Assembly (NCBI GenBank): GCA_965200225.1
Contig: CBDATM010000001.1
Coordinates: forward strand, 975,878 to 1,039,877
Direction: 5' to 3'
From: Gammaproteobacteria bacterium
GTDB taxonomy: Bacteria > Pseudomonadota > Gammaproteobacteria > Steroidobacterales > Foliamicaceae
Length of the DNA: 64,000 nucleotides
The translations under genes and the position numbers were made by a program. Each line of letters starts with the position of its first letter. Positions within the stretch are counted from its first letter, which is position 1. Of the stretch, positions 39,010-48,487 are shown one piece after another. A model generated the notes under the pieces. It was not told where the DNA came from. It did not search any database and was given only the letters and a program-made list of their open reading frames with translations.

Positions 39010-41160
39010 TTGAGCAATACCCGACTCAACCGCCGGACCTTTGTTGTGGGCGGCGGTTCGCTGCTACTGGCTTTGCACCTTCCCTCCGCTGGCGCCAGCG
39101 GCGAGGACAGCTTGCGGCCCAGCGTGTGGATCGAGATCAACCGTTCCGGCGACATTCTCTTTACCTGCGACCGCACCGATATGGGGCAGGGCAGTCCGGC
39201 AGCGCTGGCGCGCATCGTTGCCGACGAACTGGACGCGCCCTGGGACCGCGTGAAACTAATGCCCATGCCGGACAATCCGGCCGCCTGGCCGCGGCCCATG
39301 GGCACCGGTGGCAGCACGTCGATTAGCGGTTCCTTCGACTTGCTGCGCGAGGCCGCTGCCTCGGCAAGAGAGATGTTGCGAACCGCGGCGGCCAACGAGT
39401 GGGGCGTCGAACCGAGCGAGTGCGCCTGCCGCGAGGGCGAAGTGATTCACGCCTCCACAGGCGCCCGGCTGGACTACGGTTCGCTGGTTCCTGCCGCCGT
39501 GCAACTGGAACCGCCGGCGGCTCCGGCACTCAAGGATCCGTCGCAATTTCGCCTGATCGGCCGGTCGTACTCCAGGCCGGACATTCCCCGCAAGGTGCTT
39601 GGCACGGAAGGCTACGCCATCGATGTGCGCCTGCCTGGACAGCGGACCGCCGTGGTCGCTCGCTCGCCGTGGCCCGGCGCCGTGCCCATGCGCCCCGCGT
39701 ATGACGCCGAGGCGGCGCTGAGCATGCCCGGCGTGGAAGACGTTTTCGAGATCCCCGGCGATCAGCACCGCCCGCCCGGAGTGGTGGTTCTGGCGCGCGA
39801 TTTCTGGGCCGCGCAGCAGGCTCGCGCCGCGTTGGACATGGAGTGGACCCCCGCCGAATCGGATCCCTCCGCAGCGGCGAATCCGGCCGCCGATTTCCGC
39901 CGCCGGCTGGTGAGCGGCCTGTATGAGAGCGTGCCGCCGGCGCGAAGCGAGGGCGACGCGGGCGCTGTCCTGGACAGTCCTTCCACGCGCCGCCACACGG
40001 CGCAGTACGAGGTTCCGTTTCTGCACCATGCGACCATGGAACCGATGAATTGCACCGCCGATGTGCGGGCCAAGCGCTGCGAGATCTGGGCCCCGACCCA
40101 GGTCCAGAGCCGGACGCAACAGACCGTCTCCAGGCTCACCGGTTTTCCGCCGGAAGCGGTGCGCATCAATACCCCGCCGCTGGGTGGCGGGTTCGGGCGC
40201 CGCCTGGAGGTCGACTATGTGGCGGAAGCGGTGCTTGCCTCGCGGCACGCCGGCCGCCCCGTAAAGGTGGTGTGGACGCGCGAAGACGACATGCAGCACG
40301 GGTATTTCCGTCCAGCCGCGATCACGCGCATGGATGCGGCCCTGGGTGACGCCGGGAAGTTGCTCGCATGGCGTCAGCGCATTTCCGCTCCCTCGATCCT
40401 GCGGCAGATGCGCGGGGTCGAGCTGAATCCGGATCCGGCCGCGCTGGGGGGGGCGGTAAGCCTCCCGTACCAGTCGCCGAATATCGAAATTACCCACGCA
40501 GCTCCGCTTGCGCCCGTGAATCTGGGCTTCTGGCGCTCCGTGGCCCATTCCTACACCTGCTTTTTCGTTGAGACCTTTGCCGATGAACTCGCCTACGAGG
40601 CTAACCGCGACCCCTATGCCTTCCGCTTGTCGCTGTTGCCTGAATCCTCGCGCATGGCGGCCGTGCTCGCGAGGGCGGCTCGGGAGGCCGGCTGGGGGAC
40701 TCCGCTGCCGGCGGGCAGCGGTCGGGGAATCGCCTGTTCGGAATGTTTCGGCAGTTTCGTGGCCCAGGTGGCGCAGGTTTCGCAGGCAGCGGGGCAGTTG
40801 CGTGTGGACCGGATAGACTGCGCCGTGGACTGCGGGCTGGCGGTGGATCCGGCTACGCTGAGAGCGCAGATCAGCGGCGGAATCGTCTTCGGTTTGACCG
40901 CGGCCTTGCACGGGAACATACACTTGGGCTACGACGGCGTCGTGGAACGGAATTTCGACAGCTACCGGATGCTCACCATGCATGACACGCCCGATATCCG
41001 AGTGCACATAGTCAATAGCGGCGAACCGCTGGGCGGCATTGGCGAACCCGGCGTGCCGCCGGCGGCGCCTGCGGTGGGCAACGCCATCTTCGCCGCCACG
41101 GGCCAGCGCTTGCGCAAGCTGCCTTTCGATCTGTCGGCGCCGAATGCAGGGAATAGCTAG
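39010..41160 (+). CDS. molybdopterin-binding oxidoreductase large subunit (aldehyde oxidase/xanthine dehydrogenase family, IorB-like) with Tat signal
   Basis: TTG start after tRNA-Ser. The twin-arginine leader is NRRTFVVGGGSLLLALHLP. The body resembles the IorB/membrane-bound aldehyde dehydrogenase Moco subunit (TDMGQG, HHATMEP, GGGFGRR). Confidence 0.82.
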   Translation: MSNTRLNRRTFVVGGGSLLLALHLPSAGASGEDSLRPSVWIEINRSGDILFTCDRTDMGQGSPAALARIVADELDAPWDRVKLMPMPDNPAAWPRPMGTGGSTSISGSFDLLREAAASAREMLRTAAANEWGVEPSECACREGEVIHASTGARLDYGSLVPAAVQLEPPAAPALKDPSQFRLIGRSYSRPDIPRKVLGTEGYAIDVRLPGQRTAVVARSPWPGAVPMRPAYDAEAALSMPGVEDVFEIPGDQHRPPGVVVLARDFWAAQQARAALDMEWTPAESDPSAAANPAADFRRRLVSGLYESVPPARSEGDAGAVLDSPSTRRHTAQYEVPFLHHATMEPMNCTADVRAKRCEIWAPTQVQSRTQQTVSRLTGFPPEAVRINTPPLGGGFGRRLEVDYVAEAVLASRHAGRPVKVVWTREDDMQHGYFRPAAITRMDAALGDAGKLLAWRQRISAPSILRQMRGVELNPDPAALGGAVSLPYQSPNIEITHAAPLAPVNLGFWRSVAHSYTCFFVETFADELAYEANRDPYAFRLSLLPESSRMAAVLARAAREAGWGTPLPAGSGRGIACSECFGSFVAQVAQVSQAAGQLRVDRIDCAVDCGLAVDPATLRAQISGGIVFGLTAALHGNIHLGYDGVVERNFDSYRMLTMHDTPDIRVHIVNSGEPLGGIGEPGVPPAAPAVGNAIFAATGQRLRKLPFDLSAPNAGNS

Positions 41161-41175
41161 CCCGCACACTCAGCG

Positions 41176-43011
41176 ATGAACGGTTCGACCGCATGCCGCG
41201 TGCTCGCCTTTTTCGGCGTCATGCTGCTGGGCGGCGGGCAGGCTACGGGTGGCGAGTTCGACGCCGCGGCGGATGCGGCCGATTCAGGCCCGCCGATCCG
41301 CTTCCTGGAGGAAGCCGCGAAGCGCGGAATTGCCGACCTCGGGCTGGACGGCGCCGGAGTGGCCTTCAACGACTACGACAACGATGGCGACGCGGACATC
41401 TACATCACCAACAACGACAGCGGGACGTTCGGGCTGGATTTCCGCAACCGTTTGTGGGAGAACGACGGCCGCGGCTATTTCACCGATGTGGCGCAGTTGC
41501 GCGGCGCGGCCAATGAAGGCGGGCTGGGCCGTGGGATCACTTTCGGAGATTACGACCTCGACGGCGACGATGACCTGGTGGTCGCGAACATGCAGTCGGG
41601 CAGCCGGGGCGGCTACGACCCGCCGGTCACCCTCTATCGCAACCTCCTCGCCGAAAGCGGCGCCCCGAACTTCGAGGACGTGACCGGCGAAGCCTGGCTG
41701 GTGCGCCATGGCGTGTTCGAGGACGAGTCCAACGAAGGGATTACGGCCACTTCAGGCGGAGTGGGCTTCGGAGACTACGACGGCGACGGCTTGCTGGACC
41801 TGCTGTGGCGGTCGGCGGACTACGACATTGACCAGGCGCTGTTTCGCAATATCGGCGGCGGCGAGTTCGAGGACGTTACGCAGACTGCCGGCGTATTGCT
41901 GCTCAAGAGCGTCAAGGAGGCCAACAGCCAGGGGTCGCCCGGCTGGTTCGATTTCGATTTCGACGGCGACCTCGACCTGCTTTCTCCCCAGGAAGGCGGT
42001 CCCAACGTCCTTTATCTGAACCAGGGCGGTGGCAAGTTCGCGGACATTACCCGCTCGAGGCAGCCGCCGTCCGGCTGGGCGTTTCTGAATCCTGGCAACG
42101 CCAACGGCGTTTGCCTGGGCGACGTGGACAACGATGGTGACATCGACGCCTACCTGCCGAATGCGGACCAGGCCAACCGCCTGATCCGCAACGACTATGC
42201 GGAAACCGGCGCGGCCGGCTTTACCGACATCACGCTGGTTTCCGGCGCGGGCGATGCGGGCGGCGCCCGGGGCTGCACGATGGGCGACTACGACAACGAT
42301 GGCTGGCTCGACATTTACGTCAGCAACGGCGGCCTGTCCAACGTGCTGATCAACGACATCGTGGAGGACATGCCGTCATTCGTGCAGTTCTACATCGCGG
42401 TGGAGCCCGCCGGGAATGCGCTGCTGCGCAACAACGGCGATGGAACCTTTTCCGACGTGACCCCGGGGTCCGGCGCGGAAGGCTTGAGCATCGGCGCCGG
42501 CGTGGCCAGCGGAGACGTGAACGGCGACGGCTTCACCGACATCGTCGGCACGGCTCGCACCTTCTACAACCGGGGCGAGATGCTCTCGGAACCGCAGCGC
42601 AACTTCCTGTGGCTTAACCAGGGCAACGGCAACCACTGGATCAAGGTGCGCCTGGAAGGACAGCGCCTCAACGCGCGAGTCCGCGTGGTGGCCGGCGACC
42701 TGGTGCAATGGCGCGAGATATTTTCGTCCACCGGCTACAACTCGGTGGACGAACCGGCGCCGATATTCGGCCTTGGCGCGCGCGACCGCGTGGACCGCGT
42801 GGACGTGTGCTGGGCCGATGGCCGCGAGCAGACGGTGCTGAACCTGCCCGTGGATCAGGAACTGCGCGTGGCCGCCGCCGCCGCGGGCTTCCAGTCACCC
42901 GGCGCCACCACCCAGATCACCACCGCGAAAACAAACAGCACAGCCTGCGCGCCGGCAATCAGCACAAACGGCGCCCACGGCGTTGCCGCGCTGAAGAGTT
43001 CTCCGCCGTAA
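41176..43011 (+). CDS. FG-GAP/VCBS-repeat protein with ASPIC/UnbV C-terminal domain (CRTAC1 family)
   Basis: A signal peptide and seven D-x-D-x-DG-type repeats (FNDYDNDGDADIY, GDYDLDGDDDLV, GDYDGDGLLDLL, FDFDGDLDLL, GDVDNDGDIDAY, GDYDNDGWLDIY, GDVNGDGFTDIV). The UnbV-like end reads NHWIKVRLEG..GYNS. Confidence 0.8.
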   Translation: MNGSTACRVLAFFGVMLLGGGQATGGEFDAAADAADSGPPIRFLEEAAKRGIADLGLDGAGVAFNDYDNDGDADIYITNNDSGTFGLDFRNRLWENDGRGYFTDVAQLRGAANEGGLGRGITFGDYDLDGDDDLVVANMQSGSRGGYDPPVTLYRNLLAESGAPNFEDVTGEAWLVRHGVFEDESNEGITATSGGVGFGDYDGDGLLDLLWRSADYDIDQALFRNIGGGEFEDVTQTAGVLLLKSVKEANSQGSPGWFDFDFDGDLDLLSPQEGGPNVLYLNQGGGKFADITRSRQPPSGWAFLNPGNANGVCLGDVDNDGDIDAYLPNADQANRLIRNDYAETGAAGFTDITLVSGAGDAGGARGCTMGDYDNDGWLDIYVSNGGLSNVLINDIVEDMPSFVQFYIAVEPAGNALLRNNGDGTFSDVTPGSGAEGLSIGAGVASGDVNGDGFTDIVGTARTFYNRGEMLSEPQRNFLWLNQGNGNHWIKVRLEGQRLNARVRVVAGDLVQWREIFSSTGYNSVDEPAPIFGLGARDRVDRVDVCWADGREQTVLNLPVDQELRVAAAAAGFQSPGATTQITTAKTNSTACAPAISTNGAHGVAALKSSPP

Positions 43012-44210
43012 GTGGCCGCAAGGATGATGCCGGCCGAGCCGAACAGGCTCAGCAGGCCGATCACCGCGCCGCGCTTGGCAGGCGGCGCTTCCTGGCCCAC
43101 CAGCGCCATGCTGCTCATCATGCCGCTGGCCATGGACGCGCCCAGCAGGGCAAACAGCGGCAGCATGCGCAGATCCAGCGGCGTTTCCACGAAATACATC
43201 GAGCCATAGGCAATGATCGCCATCGCCGTCGACAACACCACCCCGGCAACCCGGCTGACGCGGTCGAGTATCCAGCCGAACACGAAGGACCAGCCCACGG
43301 CGAACACCTGGACCACGGCAAACGGCAGCCATACCTGGTATTGCGCCACGGCGACTTCGCCTCCGGCGGCCCTTACCGCCGTGCTCGCCCACAGCGACAG
43401 GAACAGGCCGGCCACGACCAGGGCGCCGCGCGCCGGTACCGCATACAGGTAGGCGAGCACGATGCGCGGGTTCCTCATCTGTTCGAAGCCCGTTCTGATC
43501 AGTGGCCACCAGCGGGGTCGCTGCCGCGCCTCTTCGGGCACGCCCGCCTTCAGGCCGAAGCGGAATACCAGCATCGACGCCAAGCACACCAGCGCGGCGG
43601 CACCATAAGCGTAACGACCCGCGGCTACCGGCTCCATGCCGGCGTCCTGCAGCCACTTGGGCAGCACGGATACCAGGCGGGTTGCAAGCACGATGCCGAG
43701 CGCGTTGAAGGCAGAGCTGAACCCGATAACGCGGCCGCGAGACGATTCGACGGGATAGTCGTTCTGGATCGTGGCGGTCATGGCCGCTGCGGCCGCCACG
43801 CCGATGCCGAAGATGACCCGGATCGCCATCAGCTGCGGGACTTCCGTCGCCCAGGGATACAGGGCGTAGCTGAGTCCGATCGTGCCGATGCCCAGCATGA
43901 TGACTGGGCGGCGTCCTATGCGGTCGGCCAGAATGCCGAAAGGCCATATCAGCAACAGGCTCATGATTTCCGTTATCAGTGTGAGCTGGCCGGTGATCCT
44001 GCCCGCCGCGCTCGGGTCGGCAATGCCCAGGTGCTCGATGAGAATATAGGGCTGGGAGAAGTTCATGTTCGAGATCATCCCGATGCAGATCAGGGATGCG
44101 TACATGTAGGTCCAGAAGTGCATAACGCGCACGCCCGGAGCCAGCTCGATGTTTCCTATGCGACTGCTCATGCTCTCTCCTCCCAACGCCCACCCGTCAT
44201 CATAGCGCAC
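42855..44210 (-). CDS. MFS transporter
   Basis: 12-TM pattern with ADRIGRRPVIMLG (MFS motif A). The likely start is the internal Met MSSRIGN at 44172. Confidence 0.85.
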   Translation of the reverse strand: MRYDDGWALGGESMSSRIGNIELAPGVRVMHFWTYMYASLICIGMISNMNFSQPYILIEHLGIADPSAAGRITGQLTLITEIMSLLLIWPFGILADRIGRRPVIMLGIGTIGLSYALYPWATEVPQLMAIRVIFGIGVAAAAAMTATIQNDYPVESSRGRVIGFSSAFNALGIVLATRLVSVLPKWLQDAGMEPVAAGRYAYGAAALVCLASMLVFRFGLKAGVPEEARQRPRWWPLIRTGFEQMRNPRIVLAYLYAVPARGALVVAGLFLSLWASTAVRAAGGEVAVAQYQVWLPFAVVQVFAVGWSFVFGWILDRVSRVAGVVLSTAMAIIAYGSMYFVETPLDLRMLPLFALLGASMASGMMSSMALVGQEAPPAKRGAVIGLLSLFGSAGIILAATYGGELFSAATPWAPFVLIAGAQAVLFVFAVVIWVVAPGDWKPAAAAATRSS

Positions 44211-44302
44211 CCACCGCCGTGCTGGGCCCAGCCCTCCCTGCAGCGCAACTACGCCAGGAAGGCCAGAAAATGGGCCCTGGCCACGTTACTCGAAGTTGCT
44301 TT

Positions 44303-44755
44303 TTACGCGGCGCGGGACTCGACAATGAGCTCGCGGCCGAGCACCCGCAAGGCCTTGTGGATGCGATTGGCCGCGGTGTGATGGTGCGGATCAAGCATGC
44401 GGCGCACGACTTTCTCGTTAACGCCCAAGCGGCGGGCAAACGCAAGGCGCGAATATCCGCTATCCCGAAACGCCAGCACGAACGCGGCTTTGGCGGCCAT
44501 GTCAGGCGGCACGGCAACAAGCTGCTCGCTGGCGCGCCGGGAGCTGGGCGGCGGAATGGAATCGCCATCGTCGATACGCCCGGCAATCGCTTCTTCGAGC
44601 GCGTCCCGAGCCTCCATCAAGGCTTCGGCTTCGTCCGCGCCGGAAGTGAGGCACTCGGGAAGGTCCCGAAACGAAACCACAAGTTCGCCCGATTCATCGG
44701 CCCGAAGTCGGGCTGGATAGAGGAATTGCATAACGGTTTTCCTTATTGTGTTCAC
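44303..44755 (-). CDS. hicB: HicB-family antitoxin with C-terminal DNA-binding domain
   Basis: YPARLRADESGELVVSFRDLPECLTSGADEAEALMEARDALEEAI is the HicB fold. The C-terminal region is an HTH (YSRLAFARRLGVNEKVVRRMLD). The gene sits directly downstream of hicA. Confidence 0.85.
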   Translation of the reverse strand: MNTIRKTVMQFLYPARLRADESGELVVSFRDLPECLTSGADEAEALMEARDALEEAIAGRIDDGDSIPPPSSRRASEQLVAVPPDMAAKAAFVLAFRDSGYSRLAFARRLGVNEKVVRRMLDPHHHTAANRIHKALRVLGRELIVESRAA

Positions 44756-44762
44756 CTGAGCC

Positions 44763-44978
44763 TTACGGAAAGTCGCCGCGTTGAAGGCCCAATTGGCGGA
44801 TCATGGCAGACAGGAGTCCAGTTGCGAGTTCCTTGCGGCGATCTTTCACAACGGTCCTTCGTCCGCCGTAATACAGCGTAACGTGACTCCCCTTGCCACG
44901 CTTCATGTCCAGGCGCACGGGAACACCCCGCTTCGCGCCAAGCTCAAAGACCCGGCTAACGAATTCTCTGCCCTTCAC
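44763..44978 (-). CDS. hicA: HicA-family mRNA interferase toxin
   Basis: GTG start; 71 aa. [64 protein letters not shown]. Confidence 0.85.
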   Translation of the reverse strand: MKGREFVSRVFELGAKRGVPVRLDMKRGKGSHVTLYYGGRRTVVKDRRKELATGLLSAMIRQLGLQRGDFP

Positions 44979-44991
44979 CCGCAGAACTCTA

Positions 44992-45005
44992 GGACATAAA
45001 TGTCC
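44992..45005. promoter_or_regulatory. candidate hicAB operator palindrome GGACAT-AA-ATGTCC
   Basis: A perfect 6-2-6 inverted repeat lies 14 nt upstream of the hicA GTG. Confidence 0.3.
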
Positions 45006-45039
45006 GAATAGCAAGCGTATCCCGTCCTGTCTGCAATGG

Positions 45040-45147
45040 CACCTTCCATCCGAATTGTCAGGCGGCGAGCAGCAAAGGGTGGCCATTGCCCGGGCCTTGA
45101 TGAACGACAGGAGGATTATTCTCGCGGACGAGCCCGCCGGCGCGCTG
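45040..45147 (+). pseudogene. ABC-transporter ATPase relic (signature motif plus Walker B only)
   Basis: [36 protein letters not shown] is a LolD/MacB-like LSGGQ-Walker B block. No Walker A lies upstream and no H-loop lies downstream. Confidence 0.6.
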
Positions 45148-45198
45148 GTTGCGCCGCAATCTTGCAAAATGGCGCGGCGTGGTCTAGTTTGGCTGTCG

Positions 45199-45560
45199 GC
45201 AAGCCGGCCAGGCAATCGCTGGCTGCGCTGGTTTTTCCGGTGCGGCGGGAGGAAAGTCCGGGCTCCGGCGGGCGGGACGCCAGGTAACGCCTGGGAGGCG
45301 CGAGCCTACGGAAAGTGCCACAGAAAATATACCGCCCGGCGCCCACAGGGAGGCCGAGTAAGGGTGAAATGGTGCGGTAAGAGCGCACCGCGCGGCTGGC
45401 AACAGCCGTGGCAGGGTAAACCCCGTCTGGAGCAAGGCTGAATAGGGAAGCAATGCGTATGCCCGCACGCGCTTCCGGGTGAGCTGCTTGAGGCTGTCGG
45501 CGACGGCGGTCCTAGGTGAATGATTGCCCTCGACAGAACCCGGCTTATCGGCCGGCTTGC
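45199..45560 (+). ncRNA. rnpB: RNase P RNA, bacterial type A
   Basis: P1 pairs GCAAGCCGGCC (45199-) with GGCCGGCTTGC (-45560). Conserved blocks are GGAGGAAAGTCCGGGCTCC, ACAGAAAATATACCGCC, GGTAAGAGCGCACCG and ACAGAACCCGGCTTATCGG. Confidence 0.92.
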
Positions 45561-46432
45561 CCCTTTTTCCCGCGCAGCCGGCGGATCAGGCTGGAAGTGT
45601 CCCAGCGGCCGCCGCCCATGGCCTGCACTTCGGCGTAGAAGCGGTCCACCCGCTCCGCCACCGGCAGTTCGGCGCCGTTGCGTTTCGCTTCCTGCATCGC
45701 GTAGCCCAGGTCCTTGCGCATCCAGTCCACCGCGAAACCGAACTCGAACTTGTTGGCCAGCATGGTGGCGTGACGATTGTCGAGTTGCCAGGACTGGGCC
45801 GCGCCCGCTCCGATCAGGCGCGCAACCTGCTCCCCGTCGAGCCCGGCGCGCTGGGCAAAGTTCAGGCCCTCGGACAGAGCCTGAACCAGTCCGGCGATGC
45901 AGATCTGGTTGACCATCTTGGTGAGTTGGCCCGCGCCGGCCGGGCCCATCAGATCGCAGCGAGCCGCATAACGGTCCAGCAGCGGCCGCGCTTTCTCGTA
46001 GTGGCGCCCCTCGCCGCCCACCATGATCGCCAGCGTGCCGTTCTCGGCGCCTGCCTGGCCTCCGGATACCGGCGCGTCCAGAAAAGCCAGCCCGCGCGAG
46101 CGCGCCACCCCGTCCAGATCGCGCGCCAGCTCCGCAGACGTGGTGGTGTGGTCCACCAGCATCGCGCCCCGGCCCATACCCTCGAAAACCCCGCCCGCGC
46201 CCTGCGTAACGGCTCGCACATCCTCATCACGCCCCACACAGGTGAACACAAAATCAGCGCTCTCGCAGGCCTCCGCAGGCGTCGCAGCTAACGCCCCGCC
46301 GTATTCCGCCACCCACCGCTGCGCCTTTGCGCCAGTGCGATTGAACACCGTAACGGCGTACCCGCCCCGCGCCAGATGCCCCGCCATCGGGTACCCCATC
46401 ACCCCCAACCCAACAAACGCCACCCGCCTCAC
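45545..46432 (-). CDS. NAD(P)-dependent beta-hydroxyacid dehydrogenase (3-hydroxyisobutyrate dehydrogenase family)
   Basis: VAFVGLGVMGYPMAGHL is the Rossmann motif, and DAPVSGG and KMVNQ are family motifs. Its 3' end overlaps the rnpB 3' end by ~16 nt (convergent). Confidence 0.85.
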   Translation of the reverse strand: MRRVAFVGLGVMGYPMAGHLARGGYAVTVFNRTGAKAQRWVAEYGGALAATPAEACESADFVFTCVGRDEDVRAVTQGAGGVFEGMGRGAMLVDHTTTSAELARDLDGVARSRGLAFLDAPVSGGQAGAENGTLAIMVGGEGRHYEKARPLLDRYAARCDLMGPAGAGQLTKMVNQICIAGLVQALSEGLNFAQRAGLDGEQVARLIGAGAAQSWQLDNRHATMLANKFEFGFAVDWMRKDLGYAMQEAKRNGAELPVAERVDRFYAEVQAMGGGRWDTSSLIRRLRGKKGQAGR

Positions 46433-46454
46433 AATGCTGCCACCCCGCGGCGCA

Positions 46455-47021
46455 TCAAGCTTTCGGCAGCGTCACGCCAGTCTGCCCCTGGTATTTCCCG
46501 CCCCGATCCTTGTATGAGGTCTCGCACACTTCACCCGCTTGAAAGAAGATCATCTGCGCGACGCCCTCGTTGGCATAGATTCGGGCCGGCAAGGGCGTCG
46601 TATTGGAGAACTCCAGGGTCACGTAGCCTTCCCATTCCGGCTCCAGGGGCGTGACGTTCACGATGATGCCGCAGCGAGCATACGTGGACTTGCCCAGGCA
46701 GACCGTGAGGACGTTGCGCGGAATGCGGAAGTACTCCACCGTGCGCGCCAGGGCGAAGGAGTTGGGCGGAATGACGCAGTGGTCGCCAGTCAGCGAAACG
46801 AAGCTCTTGCTCTCGAAATTCTTGGGATCCACCACCGCCGAGTGAATGTTGGTGAACACCTTGAACTCGTTTGCGCAGCGCACGTCGTATCCGTAGCTGG
46901 ATACGCCGTAGGAAATGACCCGGCGCCCCCCCACTTTGCGCACCTGCTGTTCGGCGAAGGGCTCGATCATCCCTTGCTCCGCCGCCATACGGCGTATCCA
47001 GGCGTCCGATCCAATGCTCAA
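46455..47021 (-). CDS. dcd: dCTP deaminase
   Basis: 188 aa. [23 protein letters not shown] and [13 protein letters not shown]. Confidence 0.95.
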   Translation of the reverse strand: MSIGSDAWIRRMAAEQGMIEPFAEQQVRKVGGRRVISYGVSSYGYDVRCANEFKVFTNIHSAVVDPKNFESKSFVSLTGDHCVIPPNSFALARTVEYFRIPRNVLTVCLGKSTYARCGIIVNVTPLEPEWEGYVTLEFSNTTPLPARIYANEGVAQMIFFQAGEVCETSYKDRGGKYQGQTGVTLPKA

Positions 47022-47797
47022 CGGTTCAGCCAGTCCTGCCGCATGGCCAGGGCCTTGTCTTCGCCCCAGGCGTATTCGTAGGCCTCGATGATGACGGTGC
47101 GCTTGTCCTTGCGCCAGATTTCCCAGCGCGCCGGCAGCCAGCCCAGTTCCCGGGCATACCAGAGGTATTGAAAGTTCTCCGAACCCTCGCGCTGGCGGCG
47201 GTACTTGATGGTTTGCAGTTCGCCCGCGTCCGTGCTCAGCTTCTCTTCGCCCAGCCGTTCCCCGTCGTACAGCTTCAGCTTCCCTCCTTCCAGCGTGGGC
47301 TGCACGTGCAGCGGCCGTTCATCGGCAAGATCCAGCATGGACTGGATTTCCCAGGACTTGCGGTCCATCGCCCTGGGTTCCAGGGAGAATTCGTTGCGCT
47401 CTTCGTTCTCGGTGAACAGCGCGCTGCGCAGGCTCCAGTCGTAGGCGATGTTAACCAGACCGTCTCTTCTGCCGTTGCAGGACCGGCAGAAGTACTCCAG
47501 CGGCCGCACCAGACCGGTGTCGTCGAGATCGAAACGGGTGCTCTCCAGAGCGTCCGAAGCGATGACCAACCGTGCCAACCCCAGCCCGCGGGAGTAGGTT
47601 TCGTAGGCGTAGCCGCCGCCCTCCCGGCGCACCAGACTCAGGCTCAAGCCGCGCTGGCCGAAAGGTGCGTCCACGTTGTAGAGCACGCCGATGCTTTCGA
47701 TCGCGTGCGCTGGCCGGTCGTCGGGGTTCGCCGCTGCCGGACTGGCCAGCGTCAGCGCCAGTACCGATGCGGCAATGCCCGCTATTGCCCGTCCCAT
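47018..47797 (-). CDS. DUF3108-like exported protein
   Basis: A signal peptide and a beta-rich body. Its position immediately downstream of purN matches what I recall for DUF3108 genes in other gammaproteobacteria. Confidence 0.5.
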   Translation of the reverse strand: MGRAIAGIAASVLALTLASPAAANPDDRPAHAIESIGVLYNVDAPFGQRGLSLSLVRREGGGYAYETYSRGLGLARLVIASDALESTRFDLDDTGLVRPLEYFCRSCNGRRDGLVNIAYDWSLRSALFTENEERNEFSLEPRAMDRKSWEIQSMLDLADERPLHVQPTLEGGKLKLYDGERLGEEKLSTDAGELQTIKYRRQREGSENFQYLWYARELGWLPARWEIWRKDKRTVIIEAYEYAWGEDKALAMRQDWLNR

Positions 47798-48447
47798 AAC
47801 AGCTCCTGTTCTTCAAACACGATCGGTTTCAACAATTCACGTCCGTCCAGTACGGCGCGGTACCGGCCCATCTCCAGGCGGCCGTCCGCCATCCATTGCA
47901 AGACGCGAGGATACAGGACATGCTCGCAGGCTTGAACCCTGGCCTTCAGAGAAGCCTCATCGTCCTTGCCAGTCACGCGCAATCTCGCCTGGGCGATCAG
48001 CGGCCCGGCGTCCAGGTCGCGGGTCACGAAGTGCAAGGTGGTTCCATGCCACGCTTCGTTGGCCTCGAGCACGCGCCGATACGTGCGCAGGCCCGGATAG
48101 CCGGGCAGCAGCGAGGGGTGAATGTTGAGCGCTCGACCCCTGTATTCCTCGCACAGGGAGTCCGGAAGGATGCGCATGAACCCGGCCAGCGCCAGAACAT
48201 CCGGAGCGAAGTCCCGCAGGCGCCGCGCGAAGGCATCCCACCAGGCGCCGGCGTCCGGGTAGCCGGAAGGCGGCAGGGCGACTGCGGGGATGCCGGCAGC
48301 GCCCGCCCGCTGCAGGCCCTGCGCGTCCGTCCGGTCGCTGAGCGCGGCTACCACCTCGATATCCAGGTCGCCGGAAGCAACCCGGTTGAGCATGGACTGG
48401 AAATTGCTGCCGCTACCCGATAGCAAAACGGCGATGCGCAAGCTCAC
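47782..48447 (-). CDS. purN: phosphoribosylglycinamide formyltransferase
   Basis: IAVLLSGSGSNFQSML, LAGFMRIL and ALNIHPSLLP. Confidence 0.93.
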   Translation of the reverse strand: MSLRIAVLLSGSGSNFQSMLNRVASGDLDIEVVAALSDRTDAQGLQRAGAAGIPAVALPPSGYPDAGAWWDAFARRLRDFAPDVLALAGFMRILPDSLCEEYRGRALNIHPSLLPGYPGLRTYRRVLEANEAWHGTTLHFVTRDLDAGPLIAQARLRVTGKDDEASLKARVQACEHVLYPRVLQWMADGRLEMGRYRAVLDGRELLKPIVFEEQELLWDGQ

Positions 48448-48487
48448 TGGCTTCAGAACGGGCGTCAGACAGGCTTCATGGCGGGCG

